NCBI GenBank assembly: GCA_038841535.1 | Contig: JAWBTQ010000004.1 | Coordinates: 64,316-128,315, forward strand | DNA length: 64,000 nt | Reading direction: 5' to 3' | Origin: Sulfolobales archaeon | GTDB taxonomy: Archaea > Thermoproteota > Thermoprotei_A > Sulfolobales > NBVN01 | In this document: positions 38,273 through 48,442 of the stretch, piece by piece | How the letters are laid out: every line of letters begins with the position of its first letter | Position numbering within the stretch: position 1 is the stretch's first letter | Program-made: the position numbers and the translations under genes | Notes under the pieces: model-generated | What the model saw: only the letters and a program-made list of their open reading frames with translations | Told to the model about the DNA's origin: nothing | Database searches by the model: none

Positions 38273-38995
38273 TCATTGATATATTAAGCACTTGCCCGAG
38301 TCCGGGGTTAGTGTACTTACTATCCGGCCATCTCTCATTACGTGTATGCTCTGGCTACAGTGAGCTACTTCAGGGTTATGCGTTATAACAACTATCGTTT
38401 GCCCACTCTTATTCAACTCTAAGAATGTTCTCACTACGACCTTAGCTGACGAGGTATCTAAGTTTCCTGTGGGCTCGTCGGCGAGTAGTATCGATGGAGA
38501 GCCTACTATGGCTCTAGCTATCGCTACACGCTGTTGCTGTCCTCCTGAGAGCTGGCTCGGCCTCTTATTTATCCAAGATAGGTCACCACCGACTCTCATA
38601 AGTGCTTCGATAGCCATCTTTTTCCTCTCTTCCTTGGTGACTCCTCTAGCTACCAAGGGAAGCTCTATGTTTTCTAAAACAGTGAGCCTGTTTACGAGGT
38701 TAAAGGCTTGAAAGACAAACCCTATCTTCTTATTTCTGAACTCAGCGAGTTCTCGGTCCTTAAGCCTAGATGTGTCAACACCATCGATATATACTCTCCC
38801 CTTTGTAGGCCTATCAAGAAGACCAATAAGGTTCAGGAGGGTAGTCTTACCCGACCCCGAAGGACCCATAATAGAGATGAATGTACCCTTCTTTACACTT
38901 AGATTAACTCCTAGAAGAGCCCAAGTTACTGTACTACCCGTTGTATAGACTTTGTGTACATTCTCCACCCTTATTACGTAACCTTCTTCAAGCAT
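38273..38995 (-). CDS. ABC transporter ATP-binding protein (LolD/MacB-like)
   Basis: GPSGSGKT, LSGGQQQR, ADEPTGNLD and TH motifs. Confidence 0.93.
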   Translation of the reverse strand: MLEEGYVIRVENVHKVYTTGSTVTWALLGVNLSVKKGTFISIMGPSGSGKTTLLNLIGLLDRPTKGRVYIDGVDTSRLKDRELAEFRNKKIGFVFQAFNLVNRLTVLENIELPLVARGVTKEERKKMAIEALMRVGGDLSWINKRPSQLSGGQQQRVAIARAIVGSPSILLADEPTGNLDTSSAKVVVRTFLELNKSGQTIVVITHNPEVAHCSQSIHVMRDGRIVSTLTPDSGKCLIYQ

Positions 38996-39150
38996 CCTAC
39001 TTAACTTACACTGTCCGGAATAATTAGCTTAGATCAATCAGATTGCGAGGCGTTCGCATAGGCATCTCTCAAAGCACCGAGGAGAAAGCTGCCCTATCTT
39101 GAAAGCGGAGTTCTCCAATCGTGAATTATTAGGTTATGTAGGTACTGTAA

Positions 39151-39522
39151 GTGTGGAGAATGTTAGAATTGGCGGGAGACTGTATGGATGAAACTAGGAT
39201 AAACTGGGGTAACAGTCTTTTGGAAGACGATTTAGTGGCGGCAGTAATTAAGGTTATCTGTGGATACAATACTGTAGATCCCGAGATAATAAAGCATGAA
39301 GTCAAGGTAGATTACTCTACTGTTGAGAGGATTCTTGGTGCTCTATTAAGCTCTGGGTACCTAGTTGAAGTTAAGCTAAATACACAGCTCTGCGGATCTT
39401 GTCCCTTTAGAGTAGCGTGTGTATACCCCGCGTATAAGGGTTACTCTATGGCTTACGCTACGAGTGAAAAGCTAAAGGAGCTCTGCAAACATGTTGCTGA
39501 TATACAGAGTCCTCGTTCGTAG
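39151..39522 (+). CDS. FeoC-like winged-helix protein with CxxCx5C motif
   Basis: wHTH-like helices followed by CGSCPFRVAC. Confidence 0.5.
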   Translation: MWRMLELAGDCMDETRINWGNSLLEDDLVAAVIKVICGYNTVDPEIIKHEVKVDYSTVERILGALLSSGYLVEVKLNTQLCGSCPFRVACVYPAYKGYSMAYATSEKLKELCKHVADIQSPRS

Positions 39523-39558
39523 CAGCAAGCTCACGTTAAGGTATAGTGGGAGTGCGGC

Positions 39559-40236
39559 TTGATCGTGGTCCAAGGACTACTTGAAGTACCGGTTGCTTAT
39601 TCTGTTTGCCGCAACCTGGTAGTTAAGACCGTACAAGTCGATGTCCTCATAGAAGTAAGGAGCATAGCTATGAGCGTGAGGAGGTCAACTGATACTCTAG
39701 CTCTCAGCAAGGACCCCATAATCTCGAAGTATAGACCGTTCGCAAGGAAGTATAGGAAGAAACTCGCTATTGGGGTGTACCCAGAAATTCTTGTCAAAAG
39801 GATTTTATCGACTGGAAGAGTTCCGAGATATAACTCTGTTCTAGATGTAGTAAACGCTATTTCAGCACTTACGAGGGTACCCATCAGCTCCATCGATATC
39901 GATAGAATCGAGTTTCCACTTAGGTTAGTCTACTCAACGAGAGATACCACGGTCAGAGATTTTAGAGGAAGAAATGTTCACGTCACGCGCGGTACTATCG
40001 TACTAGAGGAAGGTTCTGGTAGGGTCGTTTACATATTTCCGTACGTGACTACGGACGTAGCTGTCGTTAACATGAACACAAAAAACGCTATATTCATAGG
40101 TTACGGAGCTCCCGGTGTACCACTAAACTTAGTAGCATCGAGCATTAAGATGGTAACAACACACATCGAAAACTACACGCGGGGCTCTTCATGCTCTCAG
40201 CTTAAGGTAGATGCGGGGGGTTCAGCTCTGATATAG
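39559..40236 (+). CDS. Free-standing B3/B4 (PheT editing-like) domain protein
   Basis: DP.I..YR, E.LVKRI, N.VLD.VN.IS and P....D.D.I motifs. Confidence 0.75.
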   Translation: MIVVQGLLEVPVAYSVCRNLVVKTVQVDVLIEVRSIAMSVRRSTDTLALSKDPIISKYRPFARKYRKKLAIGVYPEILVKRILSTGRVPRYNSVLDVVNAISALTRVPISSIDIDRIEFPLRLVYSTRDTTVRDFRGRNVHVTRGTIVLEEGSGRVVYIFPYVTTDVAVVNMNTKNAIFIGYGAPGVPLNLVASSIKMVTTHIENYTRGSSCSQLKVDAGGSALI

Positions 40237-40409
40237 GTTTATATCGGTTGGTTTCATTGCCTTGTCCTCTTTCCCCCGCATTCCGCTCGGGTTCTCTTCG
40301 GGTTCGGGGGCGTTCGGGGCGGCCCCTAGCACCCCACATCTTGAGTAACGTTTCCGTATACATCAACCAATGAGAAAGACATGAAACCCGAAACAGTTGC
40401 GCGAGGCTC
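40237..40409. repeat. MITE-like/palindromic intergenic element, copy 1
   Basis: 40381-40409 matches 50547-50575 at 25/29 positions; both are preceded by ATCAACC; GC-rich core. Confidence 0.5.
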
Positions 40410-40793
40410 AAGCTTCATAGCAATTGATTCTATCATGATCTACTACTCTACCACTGTCTATAGAGACCTCAGAGCTCCTATTATTGAAGCCCCAACACCG
40501 GGCACTACTCACTCGAGGTCTCCAACCCCACAGTGTGCTTCATGGGAACTTTCTGGCTCACAGTCATAGAGAAAACCGCACCTTGAGCTAAGTACATCAC
40601 TCACCTGAGTAGATCTTAACAAAACTGCACTTCTTACGAGTTCTAAATTCGATGGCGCTACTTGAAAACTTCTTAAACCGAGATTAAAGTAGAGCGTAGT
40701 CCTCATCCTTCGTAGTGTTTACATCTTTCTGTTTACATTAATACACGAAATTAAGTAATTTAAATTACAGTAGAATGTAGATCAGGTGATATA

Positions 40794-41501
40794 GTGAGTA
40801 GCGAGTTTCGTAGAGAACTAGAGAGATTCGTTGATATGCTTAAGTCTGAGGTAGATGCTCTAATTAGAAAAGTAGAGGAATTAAGAAGTAGGGGAGAGAT
40901 CAGTAAGGCATACAGAGTTTTGGCTGAAGGAGCTGTCGGCATACTTAAAAAGATTAAAGACTCCCTCGAGGAGATGGAGACGTATACTAGAAAAGCTGAG
41001 CTATCTGAATCAGAAATAAAAGATCTCCTAGATTACTTCAGAAAAGAACTCAAGAGCATGCTTTCTAGAATTGAGGAAGAAGCTTCTAGGCTGAGAGACT
41101 ACGGAGGGCGGGCGTTCGTTCTGTATTTCCCGGCTTCAGAAAAGATAGTCAAGAGCATAACCATGAGTATAGGGGAGTCGATAGGTGATATAGCCGAGAG
41201 CGTGAGTAGACTTATAGAATCCATACAGTGTAGCTTAGACCAGTCTTTGAGTAAGGTAACACAAGTTGTGTCACTAAGAATGAAAGAAAAGGACCTAGAG
41301 GTGATCGACCAGCTCGTTGAAGCAAGAATATTTAAGAGCAGGAGTGAGGCTATAGCTTACTTTGCGAGGAAGGGGATCGAGTCTAGTAGGGAATGGATAA
41401 GCAAAGCACTGGAACAAGCTAAGAAAATAAAGGAGCTTCAGGATTCTATTAGGAGAGAGCTAGAGGAAGAACGCGAGGAAGAAGACTCTAGGAGATCATA
41501 G
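40794..41501 (+). CDS. Coiled-coil protein with C-terminal ribbon-helix-helix (CopG/Arc) domain
   Basis: VVSLRMKEKDLEVIDQLVEARIFKSRSEAIAY RHH signature. Confidence 0.75.
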   Translation: MSSEFRRELERFVDMLKSEVDALIRKVEELRSRGEISKAYRVLAEGAVGILKKIKDSLEEMETYTRKAELSESEIKDLLDYFRKELKSMLSRIEEEASRLRDYGGRAFVLYFPASEKIVKSITMSIGESIGDIAESVSRLIESIQCSLDQSLSKVTQVVSLRMKEKDLEVIDQLVEARIFKSRSEAIAYFARKGIESSREWISKALEQAKKIKELQDSIRRELEEEREEEDSRRS

Positions 41502-41502
41502 C

Positions 41503-43095
41503 CTACCTTTTTAAGAATTTAATCAACTTGTCTAGCTCTTCTCTGCCTGCGCGGGTTTTGGGATATGTAACCATGACAACCGGTTCTGGAGGTGGATTCT
41601 TGTCCAAGTACTCTCTAATTATCTTAGGCCACCCCTCCGGGTCGAATCCTCTTTGAGCTAGAAAGGCTATTAACCATCTTTGAGACCCAAATCCAGAGCA
41701 GCCAGTCCACAGAGTTTCTCCTTTGTTATGCTTAATTCTGAATGGATCAGTGAACTTAGTTCCATGTATAGATATATTGCCGACTTCAAGCCATGCTTTA
41801 TGTTCCTCGCGTGGTCCTTTATACGGTAACCACAGCTCGAAGTCTATAGTTCCCGGCCTGTTTATATCGAACTCCTCTATTTTTTCAGTAGCACCACTCT
41901 GCTCATAGTACCACGGGGTTACCCAAGCAGTCCTCCACTCCAGCTCTAGGACTTCATCCATGAACTTCTCGTATGCGTTAAGTAGGTTGTTTCTAATCTC
42001 AATAACCTGGTTCGGCTTTCCAAGCCACACTACCTCGACTCTGTGGAACTCGATAACTCGTTCTAACCCATAAATACCTCCAGACTCCCACCTAAAAGAC
42101 GGGCCGCTTTTATCGAACCACTTGATAGGTAGAGACAAGTCATCTAAAAGCTCGTTTCCAAAGAACCAGTAGAACGGCTCGCACTGGGCAAAGCAGAGGA
42201 AGTACTCTGGATACCTCAAGTACTTAGCTATTTCTTCAGGTGGCGCTTCGTTTGCTACATATATGTAGTCAGTAAGCTCCTCAAATTCCTCGATATTGTA
42301 CGTCTTAGGTAGAGAGGCGAAAACCATGGAGTTTATCGTACCCCTCAGATGCCCTGTTTTAAGCCCTACCTCGAGCGGATACATCTTAGGGAATACGGCT
42401 TCCGTGAAGCCTAATGGGAGCACTACCTCCCCCAGAAAGGTATCTTTCATCATGTTCAGTAGGTAGGCAGCTAGGGGGGTATAAAGCCATTGACCGGTAG
42501 AGAACCTCTTTACTAACCCAGTTTCCTCTAGGACCTTATTGGGGTCCTCAGCGTAGAGAGGGGTGCCAAGCTTAGCTTCCGACTTCTTGATGAGTTGCCA
42601 ATGCTCGGCCTTACCTCCCCATCTTGCCCTAGTCTCTTTCTCATTTAGTAGTCTGAGTAACCTCAGGAGAATGGGCTTCTTAAGGTCTTTCTCCTCTAGG
42701 ACTTCTAAGTGTATAGTGGTGCTACCACCCGACACCTTGATGCTTCTTACGAATGGTAGCCTTACATTGATTCGTATCTCACCATCTATTTCAACTAAAG
42801 CGTTTTCTAGCCTAATACTGCGTACTCCGATTTTCCTCATGCTACCAAGTGATGTCTCTAGAGAGTTCTTTATCCTCATGGCTGCTTCATCTATTCTCAG
42901 CCTCCGGCTCTCGACTTCGAAACAAAGAGCTCTTCCAGCATAGCTCCAGTTCACTACTTTACCTCCTTCCTCCGGGTCCTTAAAACCCTTAGCTAGCGAT
43001 CGATTTACTTCCTCTAAAGTTTTCTTCATGTCCTCTAAATCATCTGGAGCTAGATCCCTGCTTAGCTCAACCCTCACTGTTCCCCTGTATTTCAC
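41503..43095 (-). CDS. serS: Seryl-tRNA synthetase, methanogen (type-2) form
   Basis: Alpha/beta N-domain (R.DEAAMRIKN...KIGVR), AQCEPFY, SFRWESGG..GLERV.EF.R.E and WTGCSGFG motifs. Confidence 0.9.
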   Translation of the reverse strand: MKYRGTVRVELSRDLAPDDLEDMKKTLEEVNRSLAKGFKDPEEGGKVVNWSYAGRALCFEVESRRLRIDEAAMRIKNSLETSLGSMRKIGVRSIRLENALVEIDGEIRINVRLPFVRSIKVSGGSTTIHLEVLEEKDLKKPILLRLLRLLNEKETRARWGGKAEHWQLIKKSEAKLGTPLYAEDPNKVLEETGLVKRFSTGQWLYTPLAAYLLNMMKDTFLGEVVLPLGFTEAVFPKMYPLEVGLKTGHLRGTINSMVFASLPKTYNIEEFEELTDYIYVANEAPPEEIAKYLRYPEYFLCFAQCEPFYWFFGNELLDDLSLPIKWFDKSGPSFRWESGGIYGLERVIEFHRVEVVWLGKPNQVIEIRNNLLNAYEKFMDEVLELEWRTAWVTPWYYEQSGATEKIEEFDINRPGTIDFELWLPYKGPREEHKAWLEVGNISIHGTKFTDPFRIKHNKGETLWTGCSGFGSQRWLIAFLAQRGFDPEGWPKIIREYLDKNPPPEPVVMVTYPKTRAGREELDKLIKFLKR

Positions 43096-43338
43096 GGTAT
43101 CACTCCTAACGATTTATGGGATCAAACTATTTATAGTGTAGTATTACCAAGAAAGCTCTAATAGTGAGTTGAAGCGTATCTAGGTCCCGCGTTATGAATG
43201 CCTGGTTATATGCGGTATCCTCCAGCTTTATTTAGCATCTATAGGAGTGCGGGGTGAACGCAAGATCGCGTTTGAGTTTAAATCTGCTACTAGAAGGCCG
43301 CAGCGCTTTAAAGAAACTCTGGACATGTTTAATAGTGG

Positions 43339-43977
43339 GTGCGTTTTAGGCTGAGCGTGTGTCAAGCTGAAAGCCGCGTGCTCGACACTGTCTCGGAGTT
43401 AGTTAAGCTTCTCATGCCGTCAGATCCTGTCCACGGGCTTGGACACGTAGAGAGAGTCGCTAGAATGGCATGTCGTATTGCGAGAAATTACGAAAGCGTG
43501 GACCACGAAGTTCTATTGTTATCAGCTTATTTACACGACATAGGTAGGCTATCTAGTCCTGAGAATCACGCTGTTCGCTCTGCGAGCATAGTTAGACATA
43601 TTTTGAGAATGCTGGAGTACCCGGAGGACAGGATAGAGAAAGTTGTGGACACCGTGCTAGCTCACTCGTACTCACTTGGTTACGTAGCCATGAGTACCGA
43701 AGCTAAGATACTTAGTGATGCCGATAAGCTAGATGCTCTAGGTTCGATAGGGTTAGTAAGGGTGTTGATGTACTCGGGAGAGCTGGGGAGAGATCTTAGC
43801 GAGGTAATAGAACATATAAAAGCTAAACTACTGAGGTTACCAGAAACTATGTACACTAGTGAAGGAAAAGCCGAAGCGGAGAAAAGAGTGAAAATAATAA
43901 GAGAGTTTCTGGAGAACCTCTTTCAGGAGCTAGACGTCTATTCAGAAGAAAGTGGAGAACAGCTACGAGAGGAATAG
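43339..43977 (+). CDS. HD-domain phosphohydrolase
   Basis: H..GHVERV, LHDIGR, HS and DADKLDALG motifs. Confidence 0.9.
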   Translation: MRFRLSVCQAESRVLDTVSELVKLLMPSDPVHGLGHVERVARMACRIARNYESVDHEVLLLSAYLHDIGRLSSPENHAVRSASIVRHILRMLEYPEDRIEKVVDTVLAHSYSLGYVAMSTEAKILSDADKLDALGSIGLVRVLMYSGELGRDLSEVIEHIKAKLLRLPETMYTSEGKAEAEKRVKIIREFLENLFQELDVYSEESGEQLREE

Positions 43978-44481
43978 GCTGCTGAAGAGGTACGGAGCTA
44001 GAGAGAGGAACAGAGTCGAGGACAGAGCGAAGAACGTTACTACAGCTTTAGCAGAAATCGCTAGAGCATGCTGTGCGGATCTCGTTAAAGAGAACCTGAA
44101 GAACATAGTGATGAACGGTAGAAAAGGTAGCAGAAAACTGAGCCACAGGCTTCAGACACTCCCATACGGAAAGACTATCTTCAACCTAGACTACAAAGCT
44201 TATGAGAGAATTTGAACATTGTAGAGATCGATGCGAAGAGAACCTCTATAACGTGTCCATCTTGTGGATGCGTAGACAAGAGAAACAGAATGGGTAGCAA
44301 GTTCAAGTGCGCGAGGTGCGGATTCGAGCTTAACTCACACTACGTAGCTTGCCTAGACCTCTTCTCCCGCCTCAATGACGGCCGGGTAGCCATCAGAGAC
44401 GGGAGGATATATCTATCCCTAAAGGCGGGCTCGGTGGTGCCCGCCGATGTAGCCCCAGATGACCCCGCGATAGGTGAGTAG
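43937..44481 (+). pseudogene. tnpB: IS200/IS605 TnpB remnant (5' truncated, frameshift near 44212)
   Basis: RLLKRYGARERNRVED, ENL (RuvC-II), TSITCPSCG and FKCARCG zinc finger; RuvC-III Asp lost (SHYVACLDL). Confidence 0.85.
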
Positions 44482-44500
44482 GTACTGAGGGGGAAGCCCG
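44360..44500 (+). ncRNA. Putative TnpB right-end (omega/sot-type) structured RNA
   Basis: Stems CTCCCG/CGGGAG and GGCGGGC/GCCCGCC; CCCC-A-GATGA...CTGA-GGGG box C/D-like kink-turn arrangement. Confidence 0.5.
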
Positions 44501-44598
44501 TGTTGATAGTATCCACGTTATCCAAAACACCTAAACAAACCTAAATAATCAACTCGGGCAACCACTATCTACAGTAAGAGCTACACCTTACCCACTCT

Positions 44599-44832
44599 TT
44601 AAGTGTCTATACCAGGCTTCTCGACGAGGATCTTCGAGGCTATCCCCCTACTCAGCGATATGATGGCGCCTCGAGCTCTAACTAAAACATGACCGTGGTT
44701 GTTGGTTACTACCTCAATGAAGGAGCCGGGAAAAAGACCTAGTTGCTCTAATCTATGCTTTAAGCCCTTCCCGGCGGATACCTCTATTACCTTAACTAGT
44801 GCTCCTGGATTTACTTCACTTAGTGGTACCAT
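44599..44832 (-). CDS. feoA: FeoA ferrous iron transport protein
   Basis: RLEQLGLFPG..IEV and ISLSRGIASKILV motifs. Confidence 0.9.
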   Translation of the reverse strand: MVPLSEVNPGALVKVIEVSAGKGLKHRLEQLGLFPGSFIEVVTNNHGHVLVRARGAIISLSRGIASKILVEKPGIDT

Positions 44833-45519
44833 TCCAGGTTTTAGACTAATCTAAACTTTTAAGCTTACTTCATTTCTTTCTTGTAATAATTCCGTCTTAA
44901 ACCTCCAATTCTCTATTTGAATGTTAGCGGCCTTAGTTTATCTCCTCATTTTCAAGCACATTTCGCCAAACCTCCGTTCCTTATAAACAGTATTGTATTC
45001 TATCTACTCTAGCTATCAACTTTCTGAGAAACATCTCCCCCACCAATTTCCTTGTCTGTCCAAGTAATCCCCTCTCTAGAGTACCCACATACCTGCCTAA
45101 CGCATTCCTCTGAGTCCGTGTATTCTTGGTTGGATATAGAACATATAGCTTAGATAGCAACATGATGAGCGCTCTACGTATTATTTGGGGTTTTTACATG
45201 GATTTACTCTACCATCTTTATTTTTACGTTGTGGGCTTGAAGGTGTTTGCTGTGCGATCTGGTGAGATTGCTTGATTGTGGTTTGAGAGCTAGCAAGCAC
45301 TCAAGATGCAGGTTCTCAGGACTGCCTTAGTACCTCTGGACTCAGCGGGGACCGTGAGGAATGAGCGAGGAACTGAGATGAGGTGGCAGCAGTAACTACT
45401 GTCTTGGTCTCTCAGAAAACTTTAGTAGATCCTCGTACAGATAGTTACCCAAGGGGATGGGATTAAGAGAGTTAAGTTGATCACTGGAATAAGGTAGAGT
45501 CATCATTAGCTGTTTTTAG

Positions 45520-46572
45520 TTATAGTTGATGGTAGTACTCTTTCACTTTCCTTATGGAAGTCAAGCTGTACCTAATTACATTAGCTAGACCATTTAATAC
45601 TAAGTAAAGCGCAGTACTTACGTCCACTTTACTGACCACGTTTTCACTAAGTGTAACTTTTTTACCTAGGAAGACGCCATTTAAGCTAGCTCTAGGCTTA
45701 ATGATAGCGTAACCCTCAAAAGGAGTTAGGGATTCATCAAATTTGAATTTACTTACATCATCTATTTTAATCAGGCTGGCAATAAGACCTGTCTTACCGT
45801 TTAACGAATTCGGAATTCTAATTAACCTTGAGATGTCTTGCGTGACTAGAGGGTCGACGGCTATAGCTATACTCCCTATAGCTTTATCGCTAACTTCCCC
45901 ATCAAAAAACGAAGCTATTAGAGACCTCCAGCCCCCATCTCGCGGGGTTGGAGGTGATGCGCGGAACCCCCTCTTGACCGTACCTCTAAAGATCCTTCTT
46001 AAGTCTAGACCTCTCGCGGTTACGTAGTCGACGAGTTCCAGCCTATGTAGGGACCCTAGAGTCAGCCATTCTGGGTCACTGGAGGTTATTACTACGTGAA
46101 ACCCCCTATTTCCAGAGAAATAGACCATTATTTCGTCTTCACCAAAACCTATATGTTCTTCTAGTATGTATAGAAGTCTCTTAAGAGCGTTTTTAGCTAT
46201 CTCAATGCACTCTGTAGTTACAACCTCGACCTTCTCTGCTAAAACCTGCGTTCTACATCCAGGCAGCTTATCGGCGTCTATATCAAACATTAGTTCCGAA
46301 CCTTGCCAGCCCGCTTCAGAGTAGTCGGATACTGCTGGGTTTGAGTACTTTGCTGTAGAATAGTAGGATTGCTTAGGTGTGTTAATCACTAGGTACGCCT
46401 TGAGCTCACTCTCTGATGTAAAACTTAAGTGCCTAATGTACGAATCCGTGTCGAGAACTTGAAAAGCAAATTCACGCGAGCTTAAATCCCTGGGTAGCCT
46501 TATTGGTGCAAGCCCGTAGTAGCGACTGAAAAGCTCGCGAACAAACCTAAGATCTTCCCTACTTAAGACCAA
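45520..46572 (-). CDS. priS: DNA primase small (catalytic) subunit
   Basis: REFAF, ELMFDIDAD, FSGNRGFH and VD..VT.D..RLIRIPNSLNGK motifs. Confidence 0.95.
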   Translation of the reverse strand: MVLSREDLRFVRELFSRYYGLAPIRLPRDLSSREFAFQVLDTDSYIRHLSFTSESELKAYLVINTPKQSYYSTAKYSNPAVSDYSEAGWQGSELMFDIDADKLPGCRTQVLAEKVEVVTTECIEIAKNALKRLLYILEEHIGFGEDEIMVYFSGNRGFHVVITSSDPEWLTLGSLHRLELVDYVTARGLDLRRIFRGTVKRGFRASPPTPRDGGWRSLIASFFDGEVSDKAIGSIAIAVDPLVTQDISRLIRIPNSLNGKTGLIASLIKIDDVSKFKFDESLTPFEGYAIIKPRASLNGVFLGKKVTLSENVVSKVDVSTALYLVLNGLANVIRYSLTSIRKVKEYYHQL

Positions 46573-47310
46573 TTAATCAGCCCTTGGAGCTACATAGTAC
46601 CCCGCTAGCAAGCCATGCGATAAGAACTCCAAGTACAGAGGCAACTCTGAACCAGCTTTTAGTGTAAGTTTCTCCGCAACTCTAACTATAGGCTTTACGT
46701 TTGTGACGAACTCCATGGAATAACTGACACTGAATCCAGACTCTCTCACATCGGATTCTTCGATTCCACCTCTTTCTCTACTAAGAACTACTTCAGCTTC
46801 ACCCAACTCACTCTCCGCTTTCAGCCTAATTTCGTCTTCCCTCCCCTCTACTCTAAGTACGTCTCCGACATCTTCGAGACCGGATAGGCAGTCATATAGT
46901 AGGAGAGGCGATATAACGTAAGTATTGGGATACTCTATTTCTATTTCAGGCATTTCCTCCACTGATGTAGCTAGAGGTAAAGTAAACGTTCTCGTAAAGC
47001 CCCGCCTCTCAAAGGAAATAGATAGCGCAGACCGTGTCCAGCTCAGTGTTACCATGTCGTCTTTCTCGGCACTCCTAAAGACTTTACTTAAATCATCTAA
47101 ACTGACTACAAGTTGCTCACTACTCTCAACGTTGAAGGTTATAGTGGACTCTCTCGGTATAGTAACGATGAGGAGGGCCGTTCTTGAGGGATCTATAGCC
47201 CTAAAGGTAAACTCGTTTTCTGATACATTGATTACGGCAGTTTCACTAAACTTAGAAGCTGAGACAACGACATATCTCAGCAACCTTGCCGAGCCAAAGG
47301 ATATACTCAC
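46573..47310 (-). CDS. pcn: PCNA sliding clamp
   Basis: AIDPSRT and C-terminal YYVAPR motifs; adjacent to priS. Confidence 0.9.
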   Translation of the reverse strand: MSISFGSARLLRYVVVSASKFSETAVINVSENEFTFRAIDPSRTALLIVTIPRESTITFNVESSEQLVVSLDDLSKVFRSAEKDDMVTLSWTRSALSISFERRGFTRTFTLPLATSVEEMPEIEIEYPNTYVISPLLLYDCLSGLEDVGDVLRVEGREDEIRLKAESELGEAEVVLSRERGGIEESDVRESGFSVSYSMEFVTNVKPIVRVAEKLTLKAGSELPLYLEFLSHGLLAGYYVAPRAD

Positions 47311-47594
47311 TCACTAACACCAGTGCTTTGTGGTTCATGAGATAATAAAAACGTTTACTCGTGTGACCTACTGTTGCAAATTTTCGCGGTCAAGTAGTTC
47401 TATGAAGTCTTAAGCCACTAGTGACTTAGGGAGGGCTAGATGGGGCGATAGCTATATGCTCGAGGTCTCGAGATTTTACTAGCATCCTACAGAATGTTTT
47501 ACTCTGCGGTGCTTTACTGCGTTACACTATGCGTTAAGAGCTTATGCTGTTCTACAACTGCTTACTGCGTACTTAAAACGAACTCTTCGAGTCC

Positions 47595-48434
47595 TCATTC
47601 AAAAAGCTTAAAGAACTGCCTTGGAATACTGCAGCACGCATGAACCACCTGCATTCTGTACCTTTCGATGATGCTCCTACCGGGGTTTACTACTCTATCT
47701 AAGTATCCACTGCTAATGAGTCTATAGATAATTTCACCGTTCTTTCTAGGCCTCATGCATCCGAGAGACACTTCTTTGAAGAGGCTCCTAGAGAGCTGAG
47801 CCACTTTCAGAACCCTCAACTCTTCGATATGTTCTTCACCGACGTGGAGTAGTAGGACCAAGATCTTTCTGTAGACCAAGCTCACTTCTTTCACAATGTC
47901 TAGTTCTTGGTGTAGTAGAGCTAGTGGACTACTTATTACGATATGTGGAGATATTCTGTCCTCACCGTATTCTTTCGTGACGTACTCTAGTAACTTCAGG
48001 TAGTCCTCTATTGATGCGTTTATTCCCCTACCGTGTCTTATGTACTCAGAGCTGGGAGGAACTTCGTAATCTATTAAATCAAATACTTCAAGAGCTCTGT
48101 CAATAAGATCTCTCGGTGCTAGCCCTAAGTGAACCGATAAAAAGACTTGATTCATCCTCCTAAACTCCTTCAAGTAGCTAATGAACTCCCTACTTATAGG
48201 CAGGTACCCTTCTCTATTAAAACCGCCGCTGATGAGAAATCCTCTAACTCCATTGTTATAGTAATGTAGCACTATGTCCCGAAGCTTCTCGGGGGTCTCA
48301 GAAGAAATCATCGAACTGAGGTATCTTCCCAGGCAGAAGGAGCATTTCAGACCACACCAAGAGCCTGTGACAGATATACTTACAAATCGTCTTCCAGGTA
48401 TGAATGCGAGAACGCCAGCACCTGAAGGTATCAT
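47595..48434 (-). CDS. Radical SAM protein
   Basis: ISVTGSWCGLKCSFC, LISGG and LGCMRP motifs. Confidence 0.85.
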   Translation of the reverse strand: MIPSGAGVLAFIPGRRFVSISVTGSWCGLKCSFCLGRYLSSMISSETPEKLRDIVLHYYNNGVRGFLISGGFNREGYLPISREFISYLKEFRRMNQVFLSVHLGLAPRDLIDRALEVFDLIDYEVPPSSEYIRHGRGINASIEDYLKLLEYVTKEYGEDRISPHIVISSPLALLHQELDIVKEVSLVYRKILVLLLHVGEEHIEELRVLKVAQLSRSLFKEVSLGCMRPRKNGEIIYRLISSGYLDRVVNPGRSIIERYRMQVVHACCSIPRQFFKLFE

Positions 48435-48442
48435 ATGGCTCC

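Noticed and set aside
44981-45163. 60-aa minus-strand ORF, and similar short ORFs at 40202-40706
   Set aside because: No recognisable motifs or translation signals; probably degraded or spurious.
45350-45410. Box C/D sRNA (GTGAGGA...CTGA-GATGA...)
   Set aside because: Box C is imperfect, there is no terminal CTGA box D, and I could not identify a target.
19834-48434. The two radical SAM genes as HydE/HydG maturases
   Set aside because: They lack the HydE/HydG (BioB/ThiH-like) C-terminal features and are far from the hydrogenase cluster.
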